From an uncultured Planctomycetaceae bacterium (lineage in GTDB: Bacteria; Planctomycetota; UBA8742; UBA2392; JABWBM01), in contig CAZJPQ010000017.1 in the NCBI GenBank assembly GCA_964548115.1, forward strand, positions 3,399-67,398: 64,000 bases of DNA, read 5' to 3'. Positions 40,101 through 49,345 of the stretch are shown in pieces. Every line of letters begins with the position of its first letter. Positions within the stretch are counted from its first letter, which is position 1. Under the pieces are notes generated by a model. That model ran no database searches and was not told where the DNA came from. It worked only from the letters and a program-made list of their open reading frames with translations. Both the position numbers and the translations under genes were made by a program.

Positions 40101-40468
40101 AAGCAGGAACCCCCTCTGAAGCTCGACAGGTTAAAAAAGAGCTGGAAGATCGATTTGGAAATCCTCCTCAAAAGGTCAAAGACATGCTCAAGCTGGCAGT
40201 TATTCGTAAACGCTTGGAAAAACTTGGAGTCTTAAACTTAAATTTCAGTAAACCCCCTGAACACAAAACGGGATATTTCCGCCTTAAAATCGTAAATCAA
40301 GAAATTTATACTAAGATGAAGCAACTTAAAGCTGGGGTTCGTCAGCTTGATACGAAAACCCTCTTTTTACCCTTGGGAAAAAAATCAAAGAAGCCTCGAG
40401 AACAGCTTGATTTTCTCTTTCACTTTTTACAAAGCATGGTAGACAAAAAGCTGATCAAGGAAAGGTAA
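37166..40468 (+). CDS. mfd: Transcription-repair coupling factor
   Basis: UvrB-homology 'RGGILD', CarD/RID 'VVHKEHGIARY', 'CGDVGFGKTE', 'DEEQRFG', 'QLRGRVGR', 'DLEIRGAGN' and TRCF C-terminus. Confidence 0.96.
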   Translation: MKNSSQKPLSPEVQAFSQELAPSFFQNLKTQSVQIGKAKGPALAIALARLAEAHQGTLCVLAPPSYPYQKLEQDLSTLLPKLEYLRAPSEPLSKDYSSEELRSWYPFLSSLLAFRKNPSESKILFTTPASMLSPLPDENGIDSSSMTFERKQEYNPEKIMKHFIDAGYERVAQVEEPGHFSQRGGILDFWPYLETYPIRLDFFGEQLENLKYFDATSQRSLSTHQRVQFSLLTQKELETSSPQAFSGIFNYLPENTLKVTLEYRELLHHLDGMRTFLKGKEQYQRFKALEQWLQSLSRCDFFEQPLLETQQALNLSYTSLGHTNHGSLNIAKKIKHFQSTYSTIKVYAGSPEEALRFEHFVEIHKFKTEGLSVYPFELSESVLFPQSGEALLSGAELFGKEQKRFGIPSGEKSLSNDHHRKIEDFIKLEENDFVVHKEHGIARYRGLETLLTPDGKREEYLHLQFAENTEIHVPISQAEMVQKYIGSRGSTPKLSRYQSHSWQEKKKHVEIAVLKLATEMIELQALRMDQEGFSFPAENELLHDFVEAFPYRDTPDQEKAWHEIQTDMEQSRPMDRLLCGDVGFGKTELAIRAAFKCALAGKQTAILVPTTVLCQQHFLSFSQRMQKFPVIVDSLSRLKTAKEQKATLKRLSEGKIDILIGTHRIVSKDVIFKDLGLAIIDEEQRFGVKHKEALKKMRSSVDVLTLTATPIPRTLHMALLGVRDISSLTTAPKKRQPIATQIQTWNRGFLADAIDRELKREGQIFFIHNRIHDIEIIVEKLQAIAPKARITYAHGRMKEQKLETNVLAFINHHYDLLVATTIIENGIDIARANTIFIDQADHYGLAELHQLRGRVGRYDRKAYCYLLVSDQLSTQEASKKRLQAILEHAELGAGFRIAMRDLEIRGAGNIIGTEQSGHIASIGYDLYCQILERTMRKLQGENLEPEKKTSIKLNLDTVLPEDYIQDPAQRIQTYRLIHQAGTPSEARQVKKELEDRFGNPPQKVKDMLKLAVIRKRLEKLGVLNLNFSKPPEHKTGYFRLKIVNQEIYTKMKQLKAGVRQLDTKTLFLPLGKKSKKPREQLDFLFHFLQSMVDKKLIKER

Positions 40469-40569
40469 CTTCCAAGCCGGAAGCTTCTCTTCTCAACATA
40501 CTGCAAATAAAGTAAAAGAACTCTTATAAATACACATAAACGCTTAAATTGGAATGGAGCTCATTGAGA

Positions 40570-41850
40570 ATGAAGACCTTAAATCTTGTCCTTTTAATGA
40601 TGGCTGTTTATTTTTTCTGCTTATCTCATTCTGGGTTCGCACATAAAGACTCTCATATTTTGGCTCAAGAGCCAGGACTTCTTTTAAAACCAGATTCATC
40701 ACTAAATCCTTTCACCACACTTTTGGCCCAAGATAATAGACTTGAAGATTTCATGCTCCGTTACAAGGATGGGGAAAATATTATCCTTGCTTTTGTTGAC
40801 GGAAAACCAGTTACCACTGAGTCAATCAAAAATGATCTGAGCACCGATTTCGATGCACTTGTTAACACCGAACTGGCTCAAGCTCAAAGAATTGCCCAGC
40901 TGCAAGGAGCTGCTGCTGGTTCCCAAATTATGAACCGGAAACAAGCTGAACTTCTTGTTATTTACAAATATGCTCGTACACAAAAAGTACTCGACATTAT
41001 ATTAAATAACGAGGCTCAAGCCCTTGATTTGCCAATTCAGGAAATTTCAATTGATAGACACATCCAAAATCTCCAAAAAATTGCAAACATTAGAATAGGT
41101 GACGACGAAGGTTGGGCCCAGTACACTCTCCAAAACTTTGGTAAAACCCCACTGGAGTTTCGGCAAGACATTCGTGAAGAAGTTCAACGTCGAAATTTAC
41201 TTGGCGCAATAGCAGGGGAATTTGGACCACTTCGTGGCGTTGATCTTCCCGTCTTCTTCCCCCTTGAAATCACACCAACTGAGCTTCGCCAGGAATACAA
41301 ACGTACAAAAAAACAATGGAGAGTTCTGCGAAACATAGATTATGACTTGCTCGCCATTAAGCACCCAAGGGAACTCGAACGGAGTAAGCGCATCAAAATT
41401 TTTGAAATTCTTAATGATACTCGTGCACGCTTTGTTTCAGGAGAAAGTTTTGATGCTTTAAAGCGCTTTATGGAGAGCGAGGTCGAACAACTTCGCGAAG
41501 TGGAGGTCAAAGTTGAAGTTCAAACAAATATTAAAGCTTTTGATGACAGTGCCCTTGATGAACTGGGACAAAGCATTCGAAGTCTCTCTCCTGGGGAAAT
41601 CTCGCAAACCCAAAAAAGCATTATGACCCAGGAAGGAGAATCATGGGAATATACGTATATCGTTCGTTTAAATCAAAGCCAGGATGACGTCTCTCGAAAC
41701 TTTGTTGACCCCATCGTACAGCGAGATTTATATCAAAAGCTTTACCAACAAAAGCTTGAGGAGAATCATCAACGAGCAAGAATTGCGCTTCTTCGTCGCG
41801 CAGTCATTGTTCCACAAACTTTTATGCGGCTCCAATCACAAACCAACTAA
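40570..41850 (+). CDS. Exported SurA/PrsA-like chaperone (divergent)
   Basis: Signal peptide, 'ILAFVDGKPVT', 'GESFDAL', 'LSPGEISQ'. Position after mfd matches the common mfd-surA arrangement. Confidence 0.6.
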   Translation: MKTLNLVLLMMAVYFFCLSHSGFAHKDSHILAQEPGLLLKPDSSLNPFTTLLAQDNRLEDFMLRYKDGENIILAFVDGKPVTTESIKNDLSTDFDALVNTELAQAQRIAQLQGAAAGSQIMNRKQAELLVIYKYARTQKVLDIILNNEAQALDLPIQEISIDRHIQNLQKIANIRIGDDEGWAQYTLQNFGKTPLEFRQDIREEVQRRNLLGAIAGEFGPLRGVDLPVFFPLEITPTELRQEYKRTKKQWRVLRNIDYDLLAIKHPRELERSKRIKIFEILNDTRARFVSGESFDALKRFMESEVEQLREVEVKVEVQTNIKAFDDSALDELGQSIRSLSPGEISQTQKSIMTQEGESWEYTYIVRLNQSQDDVSRNFVDPIVQRDLYQKLYQQKLEENHQRARIALLRRAVIVPQTFMRLQSQTN

Positions 41851-41972
41851 GAGGCTTATAAAAAATCGAAAAATGCTGGCTTGATCTTTTTTATAAATTG
41901 CTATAAGTTAGCGTTGATTAGAAATTGTGAAATGATGAACGGACATTTATTTTCAACAGAAGTCTGCACTTT

Positions 41973-42233
41973 GTGAATGGAGAAGGCGTGGTTATACGAA
42001 AAAACCCACCACCAAAGCGTTATAAAGTAGGGGAAATCATGGAACACACCTCGATTTCTCGTCAGACAATACACAATTATACCATGCTTGGCCTCATCAA
42101 ACCCATAGAACGGACTGATTCAGGACACCGCCTTTATGACGAAAGTGTTTTTGAACGACTCCGTAAGATTGAGCTTCTCAAGCTCCACCACACACTCTCT
42201 GAAATCAAAGATTTCCTCGAGCAAGAGGAGTAA
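41973..42233 (+). CDS. Small MerR-family HTH regulator
   Basis: 'YKVGEIMEHTSISRQTIHNYTMLGLIKPIERTDSGHRLYDE'; no effector domain. Confidence 0.85.
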   Translation: MNGEGVVIRKNPPPKRYKVGEIMEHTSISRQTIHNYTMLGLIKPIERTDSGHRLYDESVFERLRKIELLKLHHTLSEIKDFLEQEE

Positions 42234-42361
42234 ATCCCTCTTGCCCTCCCCCTCTTTTCCTAACAGCACAACATGATTAAGAATTGAAAACTCCAAGCCA
42301 ATACCATAAAGGCCAGGCTTCGTTATGCTGGTTTCGTAAACATATCGCGCTCAAGTTCTCT

Positions 42362-43630
42362 TTAAAATAACCTATATGAAGCTAACGCACGATAGGCTTT
42401 AAAACATTCCTGCACTTGGCTTCGCTTTACTTTTTTGATGGCTTCCAAAATTTCATCAGAAGTTTTAGCAATGCCACAACTTCTTTGAATAAAACTTTGA
42501 GCGATTAAAAAGCGCGAGGAATCTTGGTTGTTCAAATACTCTTCTATTAATGAACTTCGAATTCCTTCAAACTCGGCTTCTGTTATGCCACTTTCTTGAA
42601 GGTATTGAAGTTCCTGGAATACCATCTTCTCGACTTTTTGAAGCTGGGCAGAATCACAACTTGCATAGACAAAGTTTAAGCCTGTTGCGTTTTGAATGAA
42701 ACTTCCAATGCTATAAGCAAGACCAAACTCCTCACGAATAACCTTAAAGAGCCGAGAACTTGATAAACGCCCAAAGATAGCATCACAAAATTGAAAACAA
42801 GAAAATTCAGGACTGGCAAGGTTGATCCCCGTCTGAAAGCTTAAACCAAGAACCCCCTGATGCAATCCTACCTGCCTTTCCTCCTGTACCCGAAAGAGTA
42901 ATTTTTTCTTAAAAGGCTGATTAAGTGGAACCTCTTTTGGTTTTGTTCGTTTTAAAGTTTCAAAGGTTTCCATCAAGGGGAAAAGATACTTCTTCTCTTT
43001 CATTGGCCCTGAAAGGGCTATGGTCAATGAAGCACTTTCTCTTATTTGCTTAAAATACTGATAAGTAGAAAATGCACTCGCTTTTTCCACCTCTTGCTTG
43101 CTTCCATACTCTGGAAGACTATAGGAACTTTCTGGAATGCTTATTTCTGCTAGTTTGCGTAAAACATAACTTTGTTTTTCATCAACTAGATTTTCGATAC
43201 TTTGTAAAAGCTGGGCTTTCTCTGATTCAAAAATGTCCTTTGAAAACTCTTTTCCCCCCACCGTTAAAGGATTCATAATCAGTTCATAGGCCAAGTCTAA
43301 TACACTCCGATACACTTCTGTCCCAGAAAGTAAACAAGCAGGGTCTGGAAAGCGAATTCCTATAGTTCCATACTGCTGACGACCTGAACATACAACAGAA
43401 TGATACAAGCTTGCTCCATAAAGGTCTTCACAGTGCTGAACAAGCGCCTTCATACTTGGATAGCGTTCCGCGGCACTACAAAGCACCCCAGGGATAAGTG
43501 CACCGTGAGCAGCACTTTTAACTTCTAAAGGTAAAGTGAAAGTTAGCGACAACGTTAAAAACTTAAACTTTTCTGAAGCAAGAAAAAGGTAGTCAATATA
43601 CCCCTTGCTTTTAGTGGTGTATAAGGTCAT
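42362..43630 (-). CDS. M16 family peptidase-like, non-catalytic subunit (YmfF-like)
   Basis: 'KFKFLTLSL', 'EDLYGA', 'SSRLFKVIREEFGLAYSI'; no HXXEH motif. Confidence 0.8.
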   Translation of the reverse strand: MTLYTTKSKGYIDYLFLASEKFKFLTLSLTFTLPLEVKSAAHGALIPGVLCSAAERYPSMKALVQHCEDLYGASLYHSVVCSGRQQYGTIGIRFPDPACLLSGTEVYRSVLDLAYELIMNPLTVGGKEFSKDIFESEKAQLLQSIENLVDEKQSYVLRKLAEISIPESSYSLPEYGSKQEVEKASAFSTYQYFKQIRESASLTIALSGPMKEKKYLFPLMETFETLKRTKPKEVPLNQPFKKKLLFRVQEERQVGLHQGVLGLSFQTGINLASPEFSCFQFCDAIFGRLSSSRLFKVIREEFGLAYSIGSFIQNATGLNFVYASCDSAQLQKVEKMVFQELQYLQESGITEAEFEGIRSSLIEEYLNNQDSSRFLIAQSFIQRSCGIAKTSDEILEAIKKVKRSQVQECFKAYRALASYRLF

Positions 43631-43821
43631 CAAATCCAACTTCCACTAAGTTTTCCAACAAGATTTTCCAAAGACTCTAAGTTGATTTTGCGTTTACCGC
43701 CATCTGGAAAACTATCAAGCTGATCCTGATACACAGCGTTCAGGTTCAAATCAAATATTTTTACGATCTCACCTATAGACAGGCTGTTTTTTTCATAATA
43801 GTCTAAAATAGCAGATTTCAT
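43630..43821 (-). CDS. Small hypothetical protein translationally coupled to the M16 gene
   Basis: 63-aa ORF with a GAGAG RBS-like element. Its TGA overlaps the downstream ATG (TGATG). Confidence 0.55.
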   Translation of the reverse strand: MKSAILDYYEKNSLSIGEIVKIFDLNLNAVYQDQLDSFPDGGKRKINLESLENLVGKLSGSWI

Positions 43822-44093
43822 TCGCTCTCTACTCGTTTTTATCTCTCTTAAATTTCAACCTCAAACCCATGAACCTCGTGTGCCCTGACGCTCTAGATCT
43901 GACCTTCCCCTACTCTGTGAGCTACTTGATGATACCCTGTCTATTCCATTCACTGAGCCAGAGAGCCTCTCGCAAAAAGAATAAAAAAAGAGACTTGTTT
44001 TACTGAAAACTTTTATCAATAAGAGTGCATAATTGAACAATTCATTGTAACCGTTCAATACGCCCCATAAAGAATAATACAAAGGAAAAGCCC

Positions 44094-44708
44094 ATGCCAA
44101 ACCCAATAGCGCACCTTGAGTTCCTTATGAGCCGTCGCACTCGAAGACGTTTTTTAAATGATTCTGTTCCTGTAGACATTCTTAAACGAGCACTTCAAGC
44201 AGCAAGTTACGCCCCTTCAGGAGCAAACGCCCAACCCTGGGAATTCGTATTAATTCCTCAAGGAAATCATCGAAAAGAAATCCAGGAAATGTGTGAAGTT
44301 GCCGATAGGCGATTTCATGAGAAAGCACCACTCTGGCTTCAACAGTGGTTTCAAGAACAAAACGTAACAATTGAAAAGATTTACTTCGATACTGCCCCTT
44401 GGCTTATTTGTGTTTTCGGACGACGTGATTTACCCTACTGGCTGCCGAGTGTTTGGCTGGCTATTTCTCAATTGGTCAACCAGCTTCACGCAGAGAATAT
44501 TGGAAGTGTTGTTTATACCCCAACTTTAGGAAAAGACTTCAATCGCTTTTTAGGAGTTGAAGAAAACTGGTCCCTTCAGGCTATGCTGCCAGTGGGATAC
44601 CCGGACCCTGAAGAAAAAATAAAAGAACGTCCACGCATCTCAATCCATGAAAAAACCCTTATTTACACCCAGGCGGGGCTCAAAAATCTGGAAAACCTGT
44701 CCACCTGA
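44094..44708 (+). CDS. Nitroreductase family protein (iodotyrosine deiodinase-like)
   Basis: 'SRRTRRRF', 'APSGANAQPWEF', 'APWLICVF', 'YTP', 'LPVGYP'. Confidence 0.8.
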   Translation: MPNPIAHLEFLMSRRTRRRFLNDSVPVDILKRALQAASYAPSGANAQPWEFVLIPQGNHRKEIQEMCEVADRRFHEKAPLWLQQWFQEQNVTIEKIYFDTAPWLICVFGRRDLPYWLPSVWLAISQLVNQLHAENIGSVVYTPTLGKDFNRFLGVEENWSLQAMLPVGYPDPEEKIKERPRISIHEKTLIYTQAGLKNLENLST

Positions 44709-44867
44709 AAATATGCTCCGGCTCTCTACCCCAAAACTCTGCACTACCTGAACTTCTTGAGTGTTGCTTTTCCAACAAGCTTATAGAAAAAGATAAATCA
44801 AAAAAACTCACCATTTCGATGAGCAGCAAATACCTTGAAATATTTATGTTTTACTCCTTTAAAAATC

Positions 44868-46415
44868 CTAAAAATGATTTTCCTCTCGATCAAGAGATCG
44901 ATAGCTAATGGCTTCTGAAATATGTTCTGGAAGAATTTCTTTGCTCTCTACAATATCAGCAATAGTCCGCGCTAATTTTTTAACACGTATATAAGCTCGC
45001 GGTGAAAGAGAAAGGGATTTCATCGCAGTCGCCAGCAGCTTCTCTGATTCTGGGGCTAAAATAACAAACTTTTGTACCATGCTGTCCGTCATATGAGCAT
45101 TACAAGAAATTGCTGTTCCAGCAAAACGTCTTGCCTGAATATTTCGACCTTTCTGAACCTGTTCAACCATGGTTTTAGAGTCAATAGGACTCCTCTTGGT
45201 GCGAGAAAGCTTACGATAATCGACAGCAGCAACTTCCAGGTGGATATCTATACGATCAAGCAAAGGCCCCGAGATTCTATTTCTATAAGCTATGATTTGA
45301 CGGGGAGTATCTTGACAACGGCGGTGTGGGTGACCATAGTAACCGCAAGGGCATGGATTCATAGCTGCAACCAGCATAAAACGTGCAGGAAAATTCCAGG
45401 AGCCAGCAGCACGAGAAAGAGTAACCGTTCCATTTTCCAAGGGCTGACGTAAACTTTCAAGAGTCTTTCGACTGAACTCTGGCAATTCATCAAGAAAAAG
45501 AACGCCATTATGAGCAAGGCTCATCTCTCCAGGACGCGGATTGCTTCCGCCTCCAACAAGACCTGCTTCGCTTATTGTGTGGTGAGGAGATCGAAACGGT
45601 CGAATTCTTGTAAAAGGTTCTTCTTTTGAAAGCTTGCCGGCAATTGAATATACCTTTGTCGTTTCTAAAGCCTCTTCTACTGAAAGAGCTGGCAATACAC
45701 CCGGAATCCGTTTGGCAATCATTGATTTCCCAACTCCAGGATTGCCTATCATAAGCAGGTTATGCCCACCTGCAGCAGCAACAACAATAGCACGCTTAAC
45801 AGATTCGTGCCCCTTGACATCAGCAAAATCTATTGAAATATTTGAAGCTTGGGAAAAAGTTGAAAAAATATCATCCAAGTTCTTTCGATAAGGAGCTATA
45901 GGATGACTGCCATTTAAAAACCCAACAACTTCACAGAGCTTTGATACAGGATAGACGTTTATATTTTTGACAAGCGCTGCTTCCTGAGCGTTTTCTTCAG
46001 GAACAATAATAGACTTAACCCCCCGCTGCCTTAGCTCAAGAGTAATAGGCAAAATACCAGGAACCCTGCGAATGCGACCATCAAGAGCAAGTTCGCCTAA
46101 AACCGCAAAATTCCGGAGAGAAACTGGGTTGATCTGGTGAGAAACAGCAAGAATGCCCGCAGCAATGGGAAGATCAAGGCTTGGTCCCTCTTTTCGTATG
46201 TCAGCAGGGGCAAGATTAATTGTAAGACGATTAATAGGAAAATCATAGCTGGAATTTTCAATGGCCGTACGCACCCGCTGCTTGGACTCATTGACAGCCT
46301 TGTCCGGCAAGCCTACGATCTGCGTAACAGAAAGCCCATAAGAACTATCAACCTCTATTTCGATTGGAACTGCATTAACCCCTTGAAAAGTTGAGGAAAG
46401 CACCTTGACAACCAT
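44868..46415 (-). CDS. comM: YifB/ComM family Mg-chelatase-like AAA+ ATPase
   Basis: 'IVGLPD', 'NLAPADIRKEG', 'GNPGVGKS', 'RPFRSPHH', 'GVLFLDELPEF', 'AMNPCPCG', 'SGPLLDRID'. Likely start ATG 46415. Confidence 0.93.
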   Translation of the reverse strand: MVVKVLSSTFQGVNAVPIEIEVDSSYGLSVTQIVGLPDKAVNESKQRVRTAIENSSYDFPINRLTINLAPADIRKEGPSLDLPIAAGILAVSHQINPVSLRNFAVLGELALDGRIRRVPGILPITLELRQRGVKSIIVPEENAQEAALVKNINVYPVSKLCEVVGFLNGSHPIAPYRKNLDDIFSTFSQASNISIDFADVKGHESVKRAIVVAAAGGHNLLMIGNPGVGKSMIAKRIPGVLPALSVEEALETTKVYSIAGKLSKEEPFTRIRPFRSPHHTISEAGLVGGGSNPRPGEMSLAHNGVLFLDELPEFSRKTLESLRQPLENGTVTLSRAAGSWNFPARFMLVAAMNPCPCGYYGHPHRRCQDTPRQIIAYRNRISGPLLDRIDIHLEVAAVDYRKLSRTKRSPIDSKTMVEQVQKGRNIQARRFAGTAISCNAHMTDSMVQKFVILAPESEKLLATAMKSLSLSPRAYIRVKKLARTIADIVESKEILPEHISEAISYRSLDREENHF

Positions 46416-46614
46416 GCCGTTGTCTCGGCTAAATTCTTTCTGAAAAGCGTTCTTTGCAGCTGCAATATTCAAAATTTCCCTTTTTCTTATTTAATTGAAC
46501 AAAGATACACAAAATACTGTATATAAAAATAGCTTTCAAAACAACACTATTCTAACGTTTTGGAGTATTTTTTGAGAAAAAATACAATAATGAAGAATGA
46601 AGGAGGGCTGCCCC

Positions 46615-48009
46615 CTAGTCTTGAGAGGCATGCAAAGGCATTACAATGGCTTCATTTCGGAAATAGCTTTTTGCTGCCTCAATATGAGGATCTTGTGTTC
46701 TAAGGACGTCATATTCGTCAAGGGTTATGAAATCCTTGATTTTATCTTGAGGAAGCTCATAGGTTAAAAGATCAAAACGCTGGAGCATTGAAAATTCTTG
46801 TTCTTGAGTAAGAGGGTAATAGAAATCTGGCTCTACTCCACTACCACTATACCTTTGAAATTTCTGTCCCTGATTTCGACGGAAACTATTTCCCAGAGGG
46901 GTATAGTAGCTTGCAACTGTCACCTTAAGCTTATACTCCGGATGCGACCCCAGCTTCACGGTTTCCTGAATAACTCCTTTTCCAAAAGAAGGCTCACCAA
47001 TAATAAAAGCAAGGTTATAATCCTGCAAGGCGCCAATAAGAACTTCTGAAGCGCTGGCACTGTAACGATTTTGAAGTACAACTATTGGAACTTTGACCAA
47101 ACTCCTATTATCTTTTGTCGTATAAATTGTTCCTCGAGAAGTTAAATCTGGCTGAGCGCCAAGTTTCTTGAGACGTTGAAGCTTAAGAGGCCCTGCTTTT
47201 GTAGAAACGATTGGAAGCCCCTCTTTTTTACCAATAAGCATGTCTGCAACTTTGGTAACAGCATCAAGGCTTCCCCCCGGGTTGTGGCGCAAATCAAGAA
47301 TGAGCCCTTCCATTCCTTGCGCCTGAAGCTTTTCCATTGAAGACTCAAATTGTTGAGCCGTATTGAGAGCGAACGAAGCTATACGAACATAACCAATCTT
47401 TGTTTCTTCAAGCAAACGGGCTCCTTGAACTGAATGGATGATGATATTTTCTCGTTCAACAGAAACCTCAAAAGTTTGGCTGGATCCCTCCTGGTCAAGG
47501 CGTCTTACGGCCAGTTTTACTTTGCTTTCCAGCTTTCCTCGAATTAAAGAACTTACTTCTGCACTTTCTATTTTCCGCAATGAACGCCCGTCAATACTCT
47601 CAATCCTATCCCCAGCACGAAGCCCGGCCCTATATGCAGGCCCCGAGGGATTTACTCCCACAACAAAAAGACTTCCATCTTTACTGAAGTTTACTCGAAT
47701 ACCAATGCCAAAGAATTCGCCTTTTTGTTCTTCTGCTTGGCGCTTGGCTTTTGATGGAGCCCAAAGAGTTGTATAAGGATCATTTAATGCATTTGTTATG
47801 CCAACAAGCCCGCTTTCATAAAGCGCTTTATGGTCAACCGGCCCATCATAGTGATAGCGCAGCAAAGCGATGACCTCATCGACCATTTGATGTTCGGTCG
47901 TACGCGATTCCAATAAAGAACGAAAGCCGCCCCTGGCGTCATATTGCCACAGGCATGCTAATCCGATAATAATGAGAAGTGGAAGAATTTGAAGGGTTTT
48001 ACTTTTCAT
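46615..48009 (-). CDS. S41 family C-terminal processing peptidase (CtpA/Prc-like)
   Basis: 'LNDPYT', PDZ 'GIGI', 'LDLRHNPGG', catalytic 'SASASE' and 'FGKG'. Confidence 0.92.
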   Translation of the reverse strand: MKSKTLQILPLLIIIGLACLWQYDARGGFRSLLESRTTEHQMVDEVIALLRYHYDGPVDHKALYESGLVGITNALNDPYTTLWAPSKAKRQAEEQKGEFFGIGIRVNFSKDGSLFVVGVNPSGPAYRAGLRAGDRIESIDGRSLRKIESAEVSSLIRGKLESKVKLAVRRLDQEGSSQTFEVSVERENIIIHSVQGARLLEETKIGYVRIASFALNTAQQFESSMEKLQAQGMEGLILDLRHNPGGSLDAVTKVADMLIGKKEGLPIVSTKAGPLKLQRLKKLGAQPDLTSRGTIYTTKDNRSLVKVPIVVLQNRYSASASEVLIGALQDYNLAFIIGEPSFGKGVIQETVKLGSHPEYKLKVTVASYYTPLGNSFRRNQGQKFQRYSGSGVEPDFYYPLTQEQEFSMLQRFDLLTYELPQDKIKDFITLDEYDVLRTQDPHIEAAKSYFRNEAIVMPLHASQD

Positions 48010-49037
48010 AGCTTTTCCGTTCTTGAACTTTCTCGTTTACGACGACTTACCTTCTCAAGAAAGTTTCGCTCTTTCTGAGAAAGACTTTTAAGACCTCCTT
48101 GAGAAATACGATCCAGGAGTGCATCAATCTCCTCCCTTTCTTTCCTCTCTTCTTCCTTTATCTTTTCAAATGCCTCTGCCTTAAGGTTTGCCTCCTCCAA
48201 TTCCGGATCCTTAACGGAAATAGCAGGAAAAATCTTTGTTGTAGCACTTCTCTTTCGGGATGGTTCCCAGCCTGGCAGCCTTAAAAAAGATTCTGACTGC
48301 TCTTTTTTGGGAAATTTTCTAGCCCTAGAATCACGAGGAGAAGAACTCATATCTAAAGAATAAAAGACCCAGCCCCACAAGCTGCCCCCAATGAGTGCAG
48401 GAAGCGAGTATACTATAAGGCCTTGATTGATATACGACTGCAGTGAAAAGAGCGCTATCACAAAAAAAATAATTATTCCAAGCGTCATTGGACTTAAGTT
48501 AAAAAGAACCCGAGTCCCTCTATAAGAACGAGCCAAATATACACTCATTCCCATGAGGAGAGGAGCAAACCCCATACTAACAGGTTTGTCATGGACCCAA
48601 GGGTCGATTAAAGCTGCAAGCAGATTTGCAATGAAAGCTGTTGATACAAGAAAAACTATATACTTCTTTTTACCAAACATATCCTCAAGAACAGACCCAA
48701 CAAGCCACATAGAAAATATGCCATGAAAGACCAAAGAAAAGAGACTGGCATGCATTAAAGGAGCCGTAAAAAGCTGCCAAGGCCCAATCCATTGAGAATC
48801 AAAAGGGAAAAGTGCATGGGGAGTTAAAGCAAACTCTTGCAATACTTTAGAAGCATTTGATTGGCCTGGCTCGAAAAGACTTCGGCCAGCAGAAGCAATA
48901 TTTTCAGAACAAACTCCAAGACATAAATAAACTCCAGCCAATATGCCCATAAGCCATTTGTTCACAAAGCTGAGCTCTGGAAGCCTATACTCAGCTCTTT
49001 TTTCTTCGTACATGTAGTCTCGGTCATAGTATGCCAT
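48006..49037 (-). CDS. Rhomboid-like intramembrane protein, apparently catalytically inactive, with C-terminal DUF6576-like helix
   Basis: 'MAYYDRDYM', 'PWQLFTAPLMH', 'GSVLEDMFGKKK', C-terminal 'EIDALLDRISQGGLKSLSQKERNFL'. GxSG reads GFAP and AHLGG reads PALIGG. Confidence 0.75.
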   Translation of the reverse strand: MAYYDRDYMYEEKRAEYRLPELSFVNKWLMGILAGVYLCLGVCSENIASAGRSLFEPGQSNASKVLQEFALTPHALFPFDSQWIGPWQLFTAPLMHASLFSLVFHGIFSMWLVGSVLEDMFGKKKYIVFLVSTAFIANLLAALIDPWVHDKPVSMGFAPLLMGMSVYLARSYRGTRVLFNLSPMTLGIIIFFVIALFSLQSYINQGLIVYSLPALIGGSLWGWVFYSLDMSSSPRDSRARKFPKKEQSESFLRLPGWEPSRKRSATTKIFPAISVKDPELEEANLKAEAFEKIKEEERKEREEIDALLDRISQGGLKSLSQKERNFLEKVSRRKRESSRTEKL

Positions 49038-49345
49038 AATAAAACCTATTTTATGGAAATAAAAGCGACTTCATTTTCAAGGCAAAGACGGACTCGATTT
49101 GAGAAAGTTCTACTTCGATGTGTATGATAGCCCCCTACGACAAAACATGAAAGCCTCCATAGCTTTTCTCGAATATTTAAGGTTGCTTACCCCTATTTTA
49201 ACACGGTTTTCATAAAAATAATCTGTCTTAAAGTGAATTGAGGTTTTATTTTATATTTTCTATAATAATACCGTATGGTGATGAGAGGTTCATTTTACAC
49301 TATACAAGAAGGTTTATGTATATAAGAAGAGCGAGTTAAAGATTT

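Noticed and set aside
46517-46532. CTGTATATAAAAATAG as an E. coli-type SOS box upstream of comM
   Set aside because: It has one mismatch in an AT-rich tract, the organism does not look gammaproteobacterial, and I saw no such box before ruvB or the recA paralog.
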